From: Octopus bimaculoides
Taxonomy: Eukaryota
Reading direction: 5' to 3'
NCBI RefSeq assembly: GCF_001194135.2
Contig: NC_068981.1
Location: forward strand, 78,015,060 to 78,079,059
DNA length: 64,000 nucleotides
The position numbers and the translations under genes are program-made. Position 1 is the first letter of the stretch; every line of letters starts with the position of its first letter. The notes beneath the pieces are model-generated. The model was not told the origin of the DNA and made no database searches. It saw nothing but the letters and a program-made list of their open reading frames with translations. Positions 37,831 to 49,779 of the stretch are shown here, in pieces.

Positions 37831-38594
37831 TGATATATATGTGTGAGTGTGTGTATATGTATGTGTGTATGTATGTATGTATGTATGTATAATAGATGCA
37901 GAAGCATTCTTTGAAAATATAATATTTGATGAGAGGTAGGGGCTTTAATAAGAATCGATTTCTCATTAAAATTTAAGATTATCTCCAGAATTGAATTGAA
38001 AAATTTGGGCTTTTCAAACAAGAAAAACAAAATCAGCACTATCATCACTTTGGTTAATTTAAAAGGTTTTTTTTCTTATTCTTTTCATGTAGATATGTGT
38101 TAGACAATATTTGACAGCAACTTATTTATGAAATTGATAAGCATAATAAAAACAACACAGTTTGCTGTAGAAAATAGAATTATTTAAGGCGCAATTGTTA
38201 AATCAATAGTTTAGTTCATTGAAGTAATTCTTAACAGTAATTCCTTCCCTCGTGGTACATTTTTTGGAGTTAATTACTGAAAGCATTTTGTATTTTAGTT
38301 GTTAAGCCTAAGTTTACACACCTCACTTCATCTAGCTTTTGGGAATAAGTAGTACCCAGGTTATTTGAGAAGGTTACTTGAGATAAACTTATCTCTTTCA
38401 GTTGCTTATTATCCTAAAAACAGAATATAAATACTGACTCTTAAAAGCCTCTAGGGAAACTCACATTCACATTTATGATTACACTGTGTAATACAGTTGA
38501 AGTGACTGATACATCAGAGAGTTGGATTGGATGCTTGGAGATGCTAAATCGGTTTTTAAGTTCAAATGCAAATAAGGTTTATTTATTTATTTGC

Positions 38595-38634
<40 letters not shown>

Positions 38635-38639
<5 letters not shown>

Positions 38640-39600
38640 TGGTGGGATGGCAGAATCGTTACCACGCCAGACAAACTGCTTAGTGGCATTTTGTCTGTCT
38701 TTAAATTCTGAGCTCATATTTCAGTGAGCTTGTTTTTACCTTTTGTCCTTTTCAGGCACAATGAAATAAGTTCTAATTGAGCACTGAGGTCAATGTAATT
38801 GGCTCGCCCCTCCCACCAAATTTCAGGCCTTGTGTTCATACGAGAAACAATTACTTAAAAGAAATCATCATTATTATTACTACTAATATTATTATTATTG
38901 GCAGCGAGCTGGCAGAATCATTAGAGCACCAGACAAAATGCTTATGAGTTCCAATTTCACCAAGGTTGACTTTGCCTTTCACCCTTTTGGGGTCAATAAA
39001 TTATGTACCAGTGAAACACTTTCACCCTTTCGGGGTCAATAAATTAAGTACCAGTGAAACACTGGGGTCAATGTAATCGACTAGTCTCCACTCCCAAAAT
39101 TTCAGGCCTTGTGCCTTTAGTAGAAAGGATTATTCTTTTCTACTCTAGGCACAAGGCCCAAAATTTTTGGGGAGGGGCCCAGTCGATTGGATCAACCCCA
39201 GTACGCAACTGGTTCTTACTTAATTTATCAACCCCGAAAGGACGAAAGGGGCAAAGTCAACCTCGGCAGAATTTGAAATCAGAACATAAAGACAGACGAA
39301 ATACCACTAAGCATTTTGCCCACCATGCTAACATTTCTGCCAGCTCACCACCTTAATAGAAAGGATTATTATCATTATTATTTGCAGTGAGCTAGCAGAA
39401 TTGTTAGCACATTGGACAAAATGCTTAGTGGCATTTCACCCCGTCACTACATTCTGAGTTCAAATTCTACCTAGGTCAACTTTGCCTTTCATCCTTTCAG
39501 GGTCGATAAAATAAGTACCAGTTGAACACTGGGGTCGATGTAATCGACTTATCCGCTACCCCAAAATGACTGCCCTTGTGACAAAATTTGAAACCATGAT
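38635..39600. mobile_element. Cluster of about five SINE family B copies, including one inverted copy (39135-39356) with a 14-bp TSD
   Basis: TAGAAAGGATTATT at 39121-34 and 39357-70 flanks the minus-strand copy; the other copies are on +. Confidence 0.85.
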
Positions 39601-40609
39601 TATTATTACTAGCTTTTGTCTTTTATTCCTCTTTGGTTCAATGAACTGAAGTGCCTGTAATATTTTGGAGTTTATTCTGCTGAACCTACATTTTCTCTTA
39701 CAAAATTTGTCCATCGTTTTTTTCAATAAATCTTTCTAAAACTGAACACAAACAAAAATAATAAGAGTTAGTGACATTTTCATTACTCTGATTACTTATT
39801 GAAATTGTATATTTTTTCTCCACTGTTGACTGCTTATGTTTCTCATTGAGTGGTTTTCAACAGTGGATTTCTGCATCTCCATCATCACACCAATAGTTAA
39901 TGATATGGCCAACGATTTAATAACCAGCCAACATAATGATGCCTTAAGCTAAATGATTTGTTTATCATTTTCCTTTTTTTACCCATTCTGAAAAGCTGCT
40001 CTTTGTCACTCTTTCATTCCAATTTTTTTTAAACTTCTAATGAATTATAATTCATAACCAAGGTTAGAAAGTGGAGCAAAAATAAATAATCTTTTACTCT
40101 ATATTTTGGCTGTCTCAGCTTCAAAAATTGGTTTCTCTTCTCTATAATCTACTGCATGATTAAATAAGGTCTTTTCTAAAAAAAAACTAAGAAAACAAAA
40201 ATTGTGATTTTTCAAAAATAAATGTAAACAGATAAAACCAAAATAAAATAAAATAAATGGTATTTTAACCATATTCCGTTGGTGAAAGTGTAGAAACATG
40301 TTTTATAAAGTATAAAAAAAAAAACTTTGGAGATTTTTAATGATCGATATTTGTATTTAAATGACTTGGTGAATACTGTATTAAATTTGAGAGTTCCAAG
40401 TTACCAAGTTCGAAACTTATCTACTTCCCTTTAATGGTTCACAGTTCCAAAGTTGTGTCAATATAAAATATTTTATGATTATAACCAATTAATGAGGTTG
40501 ACCTGACAAATCAAATTAGAAAACATTTTGGTCACTGAAATGTGTTATCAACAATGCAATGGCCACTAAATAAAATACAGATTTCTCAACACAGATGAAT
40601 CATATATAT

Positions 40610-40650
<41 letters not shown>

Positions 40651-40894
40651 CTCATTCAAAGTAACCCAGGCAGTAGAGTTCTGAGTAAAGTAAGTAGGCA
40701 TAAGTGGGGGAATGGTGCTTGTATATTTTAGCAAGTTGTGTGTCGAGATGTGCAAATGTGGAAGTATAGTGGTGTAGTTTAGAGTATGTGTGAGTGTGTG
40801 TATATGAGTGTATGTGTAATTGTTATGTGGGTGACAAGAAAGCATGTATGTGTGGAGGTGAGACTGAGTATGAATGCAAAGAGTAAAAATATAT

Positions 40895-41325
40895 TCTTTT
40901 CTACTCTAGGCACAAGGCTCGGAAGTTTTGGGGAGGGGGCCAGTCAGTTAGATTGACCCCAGTGCACAACTGGTACTTAATCTCTCGACCTTCAAAGGAT
41001 GAAAGGTAAAGTTGACCTCGGTGGAATTTGAACTCAGACCGTAAAAACAGATAAAATACCACCGAGCATTTTTTCCTGTGTGCTAACGTTTCTTATTTCT
41101 TTATTGCCCACAAGGGGCTAAACATAGAGGGAACAAACAAGGACAGACAAAAGGATTAAGTCAATTACATCAACCCAGTGTGTAACTGGTACTTGTTTAA
41201 TTGACCCCGAGAGGATGAAGAGCAAAGTCGACCTCAGCGGAATTTGAACTCAGAACATAATGGCAGACGAAATACCGCTAAGCATTTCGCCCAGCATGCT
41301 AACGTTTCTGCCAGCTCACTACCTG
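40895..41325 (-). mobile_element. Dimeric SINE family B
   Basis: Two units joined (minus strand) at CAATAAAGAAATAAGAA|ACGTTAGCAC; the same junction occurs at ~54740. Confidence 0.8.
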
Positions 41326-41769
41326 AAGGGGTAAAAAGATATTGATGAATGAAAAGGGATGAAAAGGGCATTATGGAGGTTGTGATATATGTAAAGTGTG
41401 TGACAAAGTAACATAGGAATGTGAACCGTTTTAATAAGCAAGAAAAGGTTTAAAATGAAATAGGAAACAGAGGGAAAAGTATGAATTCTGTGAAGGGAAG
41501 AAAAGTTAAACAGAATAGTTTTAAAATTACACTGCATGGTAAAAGGTCTGGAGAGTTTGATGGAATGTCCAAAGTACACCTCTCAAACCTCAGTTTGTTT
41601 ATTTGTTTGTATGTCAGTGAAAAGGTGTGATTCACGCAAAGCTCTTAGCTGGGTGTCAGTACAGTAACAAAAAAAAAAAAAAGAAATCCATGTAAGTGAT
41701 GTGCATGACCACAGTCCAATAATCGAATGCAGTAATATATTATCGTAACCATTGTCGTCATTCATTATC

Positions 41770-41935
41770 ATCATCATCATTTAGCATCCACATTCCATGC
41801 TGCTACAGGTTGGCTGATTTGACCAGATCCAGTGGTATCCAAGGACTGCATCCTCCTCCAGTATCTGCTTCAGCATGGTTTCTATGGTTGCATTCCTTTC
41901 CTAATGCCAACCACTTGCAGCATGTACTGGGTGCA
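41770..41935 (-). mobile_element. RTE-type tail fragment
   Basis: (CAT)n CATTTAGCATCCACATTCCATGC...CCTAATGCCAACCAC. Confidence 0.6.
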
Positions 41936-42021
41936 AAACAACAAACCTTGAGGTAGCAACTTTACAATAGGGAGATGAGGTGTAAAAGATCATTCAAAGT
42001 ATGATGTGTGTGTGTGTGTAT

Positions 42022-42072
<51 letters not shown>

Positions 42073-42797
42073 CACAAGTGCACACACATGTACATTTATG
42101 TGTGTGTATGTGTAGGGCACTTGAAACAGTCAAAATTGAAAGTCAGAATAAAAATGGACTAATTTCACTAAACAGTTTAATAGTTGATATGAGACAGATT
42201 GTCAAGCTGTAAAATACTTCCCTTTAAGTAGCAATTTATTGAAATGTTTCAAAGCTTATATAGCTAACAAAAACCATTCTGGCATGTAAAAATAATTGTG
42301 AGCAATTTCTAAATGAAAGAGAAAAATAAAAGCTTCTTTTTCTTCTTCTTATTCAGATTTCTTTTAAAATATGTGTGTGTGTGTGTGTGTGTGTGTGAGT
42401 TTTGTTTTAAGCAAAACAGCATGAGTCTGTAAATAGATTGTGTATAGCATGTATGTATGATTTGGTACAAGTTCTGTGTTTATGGATTCAAGTCATCTAA
42501 ATGTTAAGAGTTTCCAGGAAATTAAATAATGCACATCACCTTTTCTTCGTATGTTTATTATACACTACTTATTTTCTTCCCCCATTCCAGCAATTCCACA
42601 GTTACGTATGTATGTATGTATGTATGTACGTATGTATGTATGTATGTATGTGTGTATGTGTATATATCTATGTATATGTATGTATATATCTATATATATA
42701 TATGTGTGTGTAGATATATATATGTGTGTGTGTGTATAAACGTATATACATTATGTGTATGTATCTTTGTGTGTGTGTATATATATATATGTATATA

Positions 42798-42858
<61 letters not shown>

Positions 42859-44359
42859 AAATGTGTATATCTCAATTTTTTTTTTCTTATAAGTCATTCT
42901 GGTTTGTTTACGATTTCAGAGATATAGAATTGATTTTTATTATATGTTTGCCAATAATTTCCATTCACTTTCTCTTTTTACTTGTTTATTTTTTTAATTT
43001 TTTCTATTTTGTGAGCATGGTTTGGATGATATCTGTGTTGTTGTTGACATCGTTGAAATTTGGTTATTTTCTATATGAATATTTTTAAGCTAATACACTT
43101 CCCATTGCAAACAATTCAACCATGGACTGGGATTGGTATATAGTTTAATACATTGATGCAAGTTGGTTTCTATTAATAATGATAACAATAATAATAATAA
43201 CAATGACAATAATAAATTGATCTCTCTTCTAGCCGAGATCAATATGTGAGACCTGACCAGTTCTAAAATCAGCTTAACTGGAAATGGAAATTGACAATCA
43301 TTGCCTTATCAAGATATTGAAATATTTTGCCATTTTCTTTGGCTTTCCATAATTTTACTCTTCTCTCTTTCTTTCGTTTATTTTACCAGAGTCTGAATTT
43401 TTACAGATATATTATATATTCATATTTAAACTGTCAGAAAACACATAGATAGCCTTCTTAGTGTTAATAGTTTGTTTGAATGAGAGTATCAACAAAGCAG
43501 AGTTATGTAATGTGTATTGAATGCAACATAATGGCTATGTTTAAATAGTAATTTGCTTTAATAGTTCAGTATCTTATTCACCAAATGCTTAAATAAATGT
43601 TAGTGTTAGTTTTTGCTGCCACATATCTATGCTGAACACTTTTTATGGTTCACTGAGAAACAATTGTTTATGGCTCACAGTCATCATGGCTGAATGAAGT
43701 TGATCTGCTGTCTTGGATGAAACCTTGAGTGTCATCTAGAAATTACATGGAGTTAATGTAATTTTTTTAATGTTTGTGCAATTTGTTTTCTTTTATTGCT
43801 TTGCTCTGGAGGATGGGGTTGTGCCCATTCCACTGCTGCAAGCTGTATGAGACTGAAAACTTGGTTTATAATTTGGGATTTCCTTGGGTTTCTGAAGTGT
43901 TGAGTTGTCAGTTGTTTAGTTGTTATACCATGGTAGGACATAGAGTGAAGTATGTTGTTCAAGGTCCCTAAAATACACAAGCTATATTGGGAGATGACAT
44001 CAAATTTACATTTTGAAATTCCTTATGGGATTACCTATTACTCTACTTAATATTTCTCTTAGTATTATCAAGAAGCTAAATATATATATTCGTGTATAGA
44101 TACATAAAGCAGTGACTGAGAATAAATTAACAAAATCAAATATATTTGAGAGATATTTAAACCATTAAAAGATTTTTCACTGCTGTTGCCATAAAAAAAA
44201 AAATAGACTTGCTTAAGACAAAATGGTGTCAAAACACCTTAGGTTGCTCAGAGCACCTTCAACTAAACTGAAGGATGTATTGTGAACCTTTTAGTTCTCT
44301 CAGCATCAGATACCAAAGAGCGACAACTTGACTTGGAAGTGAAATTACCTTTATAAGAT

Positions 44360-44835
44360 ATCATCATCATCATCATCGTTTAATGTCTGCCTTCCATGCT
44401 AGCATGGGGTGGACGATTTGACTGAGGACTGGCGAACTAGATGGCTACACCAGGCTCCAATCTGATTTGGCAGAGTTTCTACAGCTGGATGTCCTTCCTA
44501 ATGCCAACCACTCCAAGAGTGTAATGGGTGCTTTTACATGCCATCAGCACAAAGGCCAGTCCAGTGGCACTGGCAACGACTTTGCTCGAATGTTTTTTTC
44601 ACATGCCACCGGCACAAGGGTCAGTAAGGCGACGTTGGTAACAATCATGCTCAAATGGTGCTATTTACGTGCCACTGGCATGGAAGCCAGACAGCTGCTC
44701 TGGCAATGATCACACTCGGACGGTGCTCTTAGCGCTCCACTGGTACAGGTGCCATCATGATTTTGATTTCACTTGGCCCAACAGGTCTTCGCAAGCCGAG
44801 TTTAGTGTCCAATGAAGGAAAGGTATGCATAAGTG
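44360..44835 (-). mobile_element. 5'-truncated RTE 3' end with several GGCACRTAAAA units
   Basis: (CAT)n CGTTTAATGTC...CCATGCTAGCATGGG...GATGTCCTTCCTAATGCCAACCACTCC. Confidence 0.75.
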
Positions 44836-44899
44836 GGAGTCAATAATATTGACCGATGGTACATGTTAGTTGCCAAGATAGAACAAATTCATGCGTAGA

Positions 44900-45130
44900 T
44901 ATGCAAAGCTGTGTCTGAGTGTAAACAAATTTAAAACAAGTTGAAATATGTTTGAAAGGTATTTCATTCCACAAAGGGGATCTGGTGGGGAAGAGAGCTG
45001 AAAAATTCAAAATAGAATCACCTGTCCAATAAGGAGTGCTCTTAAGATGACTATGGTCTTTTGACTCCATTCTGACTTGAGCAAGAATCTTCTCTCTCTG
45101 AAAAACTGCTGCTAAAAGCCTTTTAAGGTT
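44900..45130 (-). mobile_element. Possible CR1/L2-type LINE 3' remnant
   Basis: ORF-track peptide FSALFPTRSPLWNEIP resembles the terminal FFPRT..LWN.LP motif. Confidence 0.35.
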
Positions 45131-47244
45131 CAAATATGTTTCAAATATATTTTATAAGTTTATATACATGTATGTGTGTGTAACTTCCATCTGAAGCTTA
45201 CAGAAACTTATTTTCTTTTCATATTTTCTGTGCTTGTATTCCATTATGGATTCATTTCCAAGAGTTGAAAATCTTATCACTGCACCCATATATATATATA
45301 TGTGTATATATATATATATATATATTATGTATATGTATATATATATTACTTTATTCTAAAACTTAGAGAAACTATGTGATGTTTTTTCTTCATATTTTCT
45401 CAATATTTATAGTCCATTATAGATCCATTTTTGTAGAGGTGAAAATCTTGAAGTTACACTCATGTTTCAAAAGGAAAAAAATATATATATATGAAAAAAA
45501 CACAATGCTATTTTATCTGCAATCATAAAAAAATTGTTTTGGAATATCAAAGAACTTGACATACATTGCCTGCTGAAGTTGATTAATTTTTAAAAGTGTT
45601 TTTTTTTCTCTTTTGTATTTTAAATTATCAACATCCAATTTTGCTTGTGGGTTCCTGTGTTATTAACCCACTTCAAATACTTTGAGTAGAGGTAACAAAC
45701 AGTTTTAATCTTCCTGCATGCTTTTCAATCTGCTACTACTATAGCAGATAATTCTGACATACATTTGTTATATTGCCTTCAAAAAGTTATCCTCTTGTTT
45801 TGAAAGAATTTCAAGCAAGTGTTTAAAAGACAATTGTTATGTTAAACGACTATTTTTTCAAACCTTTCTTGAGAGCTTCAGTGTTGTTTATCATATGTTT
45901 TGGCAATCATTACTGGTTTAAGTCATGATTTTATTTCTGATTTGCAAAACAATTCAAACAAGACTCTTTTTTTTTCCAAAGTATTTTGCATTGATATTTA
46001 TTCGTAGATTCTTCAATTATTTTTTGCTGAGTTTCTTAAGTAAAAATTTTAACAACTTTTTCTTTGAGTTTGACATAAGCTAGAGTTTCAAACTGGGCAA
46101 ATTTGTTATTACCTTGATACTTCTGTATTTTTTACCTTTAAACATTGGTTTTTCTATCTATCTTTCTTATTTTCTTTCCTTCTACTTTTTATTTTCATGC
46201 CCTATGTATGCAATATGTATACGTATGTGTGTGCATGTGTGTGTGTTCATACTGCAGACTTGGCTGTTTGGCTAAGCTGTTTACTTTTTAATCCTGTAGT
46301 TTCATGTTCGGTCTCAATACTTGGTCTTCTTTAGCTCTCAGTCACCCAATGCCTTGTGAGGAAATTTGGTAGATGGAAACTACAAGAGACCTAATGTATG
46401 TATGTTTGTCACTACTTGAGTGAAGTAGTGGTAATGTTGATATTCTTTTGCTGACATAAAACTATTCACTTTGCACTTTCAGAAATGACATCTGTAGATT
46501 AAAATAAATCCCTAATTTGTTACTAGGTAAGAGTTGACGACAGGAAATCCATCCAGCTATTAAACCCTTTCTCAAAGAACTCCACATCCAAACCCTTATA
46601 AATATATATGTGTGCATGTGCTGAGAGAGAGAGAGAGAGAGATGCTTATCATCCTTCTCTCTCTCATTATACCTCTATCTAAAAGTATAGAATGATTGTC
46701 TAAATTTACTGATTGTTTTTTTCTTGTATTTTTTTTTTCATTCTATTTTCCTTTTTCCCTTTTATAATTATTCTTTCAGAACAAAATAATTCATCTTACC
46801 GGAACATATTATAAAAGAAACAGTATCACATTATCTCTCATTAATATCTAAAAAGGTATAATGTTATCTTATTTAGATCTATCTACAACCAATATGTGAA
46901 GGAAATAGAGTAACTTCTTGAAAGAAATTTTTTTTTAAATTATTATTACAATATTTTTTTCCTCTTTTCTTTTTCACAACTTTTTTAATAACACCACAGA
47001 GCTGTCAATCATTATGAATGGTTGCTCAAGAATTAAGTTAGAATTAATTTGTTTTTTTTTTTGTTTTCTATGTGTTTTTGAAACCATCTATAATTCACCA
47101 TCTGGGATGATACTCCTATTATTACCACTGGCATGGTCTTTGTTCTCCTTTGTTTAAATTTTATTTCTTATATTCCAAGATGTGTCGGATAGTCTCTACA
47201 AATACCTACAATTGTGTGTCGGTGATAGGGATGGGGAGTGTTTT

Positions 47245-47450
47245 TCTTTAGCCCCAGGTCATCTCTGATTGACAAGACCTATGATTAAGGACATTCAGAT
47301 TGTGAACATACCATCCCATCCTTGTATAAGGTACAATGCATTTAGGATTATATGTTCATGTCTTTCTTTAAGACAATAGTAGAATGCAGTACAAGCATGA
47401 TATGGCTGTTATTTCTAGCAGGGTGTATGACTACATGTTTCTTGCCCTCC
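47245..47450 (+). mobile_element. Repeat family C copy
   Basis: TTTAGCCCCAGGTCATCTCTGAT..ACAAGACCTATGAT...TATTTCTAGCAGG. Confidence 0.6.
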
Positions 47451-47789
47451 CGCCTTCCTGTTTCTAGTTACAAGGATTGTGAAAGCAAGTGTTTTATGGC
47501 TACTTATTCTAAACTCTTAATTAACCATGAAGTCTTAACTGAGGAACTTTCTTTCCAGGTTTGTTGACTAAAGCAAGAAGTCAAACAAACCTTGCTTAAA
47601 AGAAACAATTTGAAGCTTGTAATAGATATGTATGAATTATCATTTTTGCCTTCATTGGTGTCTCCAGTTGTGAGATTTCAGCTCTTCAACTCCTAGTTTT
47701 TATCTTCACAGCCAGCATTTTCTTAGCATCTAACAGAAATACGTATTGTTAATTTGCCATAAAGATATAATGATGTAATATATATATAT

Positions 47790-48103
47790 ATGTCTTACGT
47801 TTAAGATGATTCCCATGCTTTCCCTGATGAGAAGGTTACAATTTTAATATCAAAGATCCCTATGGACCACACAGGTTGTAATCCTTTGAAACATATGTAG
47901 GAATAAAGTATGCAATTATAACATGCGTTTTCTCCAATCCTTAAATTCTTAAATATACTCAAATACCCAAAATTTCAAGGAGTTCCTGACTTAAAAACAG
48001 GAACTAAACCACAGTTATTTTGTGTTCTTTGCTACATTGGTTTCTATTAACCCATTTATTCTATCAGAAGAATTTTTATTCATTAAGATAGAAGAAATAC
48101 ACA

Positions 48104-48110
<7 letters not shown>
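47790..48110 (+). mobile_element. Short hammerhead-bearing element between (TA)n tracts (Penelope-like or retrozyme-like)
   Basis: About 320 bp bounded by (TA)n at ~47777-47791 and ~48109-48146, carrying the 47820-47903 hammerhead. Confidence 0.5.
47820..47903 (+). ncRNA. Type I hammerhead ribozyme motif with intact core and extended helix II
   Basis: UUCC (47820-23), CUGAUGA (47824-30), helix II GAAGGUUACAAU (47831-42) pairing with GUUGUAAUCCUUU (47875-87, one bulge), GAAA (47888-91), CAUAUG, then UA and the predicted cut after 47899, then GGAA (47900-03) closing helix I. ACAUAUGU is palindromic, as in dimer-acting minimal hammerheads. Confidence 0.75.
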
Positions 48111-48146
<36 letters not shown>

Positions 48147-48307
48147 GTTGTTGTATTTGGGGATGGTCATATTGCCAATTTAGCCAATAAAAACACACGC
48201 ACTGTATATTTGGTGTTAATTTGCTTCAGCTTTATATTACATTACATTACATTACATTAATCCTATTTGGCTAAACTGGCAATATGACCATCCCCAAATA
48301 CAACAAC
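48147..48307. mobile_element. MITE-like fold-back element with ~43-bp terminal inverted repeats
   Basis: 48147-48189 is the reverse complement of 48264-48307 with one mismatch and one indel; 74-bp spacer containing (ATTAC)4. Confidence 0.7.
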
Positions 48308-49779
48308 GTCTGTTTCAACACACGATTTCACATAAAAAATCTTGCAAAACAAATATATATATATCTTAGTGTTGACTATTGTAAGAATGAGCACTCTACA
48401 TAATAGAGATTAATTATATATTTTATTAAGGTCAAGTAAGTCTCTTGCCATTCTGAGATTTGCCTGTGTGTGAGGAGGACCTCAAGGCAAGTTATAACTT
48501 CCCTGAAACTGTAGCAGCAAGAGATTGACTTGACCAAAATAATATACATATATATGGAGAGAGAGGGAGAGAGAGGGAGAGAGAGAGAGAGAGATTGTAG
48601 TCGATCAATGCCTTTACTGTTGCCAGTACTCAGACCAGACATTTAATTCTCTTGCCACCCATGTTTTCTCTATAGATATTGCCCAACAATCATTCATGAA
48701 GAGCGTCAACTATATCAATATCACTATTCTGAGAGGACCTGCAAAGAGGTCTTGGATACAACCCATTCTTCCTAGATCAACATTAAAAAAGTAAAAGAAA
48801 ACAGCAATCCAACAACTTCTTTAGCCAATAGAGAACATCTAGAACTATGTTAAAATTGCAAATCACAAATCACTAATAATGCGTTGTTTTTTTTTTTTTT
48901 ATTTTTTTTTTTTTATTGTAAAAAGCTGCATAATTAAATATGATGGTTTCTGATTTATAGAAAAGGGATGGTGATGTTCTTCATCGTTTCTTTTTGTGTT
49001 AGTTGTAAGGCAGCAGTGAATTTCAAGCGAGAAATGGAACTCCTAACCTCCCTGACAATAATCCCAACTGACCAGATTTAATGATATTTTCATTTCTCAT
49101 TCACCTTAAAATTATTAATTAGCTCAGCAATATTATTGCTCTGAGGCAGTTCCTCTAAACTCATTATAATCATTTGCATCTTCCAAATTACCATTCTGTA
49201 ACTGCTAAGCTACTCTAGGGAAATGGCTATAGCCGGAATCTTTGGATGTAGTCTGGCACATATGTTTTCATTCTTATCTACATATCTCTTTCAAGATTGA
49301 CTGGAGTGGTGGAAAATGCCAATTTGTATTTAACTCTGACCCTTTATGTTCTGAGTTCAAATACTGCCCAAGTCAACATTACCATTTCATTGACTGTCTC
49401 CTTTCCCTAAAGTGTTTGGCCTTATAACAATATTAGAAATCAGTAGTGACCAGATTCAGATGCTGAAAGTTAAGCACCAGCATTTATGTTACTGTGAAGT
49501 TACTATCATCATCTTTACTTTGAGTTTATTCAAACAGGATTATGTTGCTTTTTGCTTTTTTCCCCCTCAAGACTTAAAATAGCAATGTTTTTTAACAGGA
49601 TGCACATCCAACATCCTTATGCATCAATGTATTGTAGTTGCAATGTAATTAGTTTTGCAGATTTGAATTAAATATCCTTATCATTACCAAAACTACCACC
49701 ATCGTTATTACTGCTATCAACACCATCATTACCATTCAACCACCATTACTCTCATTAATGTTATTATCACATGTACTGT

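Noticed and set aside
38328-38414. Minus-strand 87-nt exon-like ORF DNKQLKEISLSQVTFSNNLGTTYSQKLDE
   Set aside because: Peptide not recognised, opposite strand to the best exon candidates, and no partner exons found.
43233-43245. 13-nt AG...GTGAGA microexon-like signal
   Set aside because: Not frame-preserving; such matches are expected by chance in AT-rich DNA.
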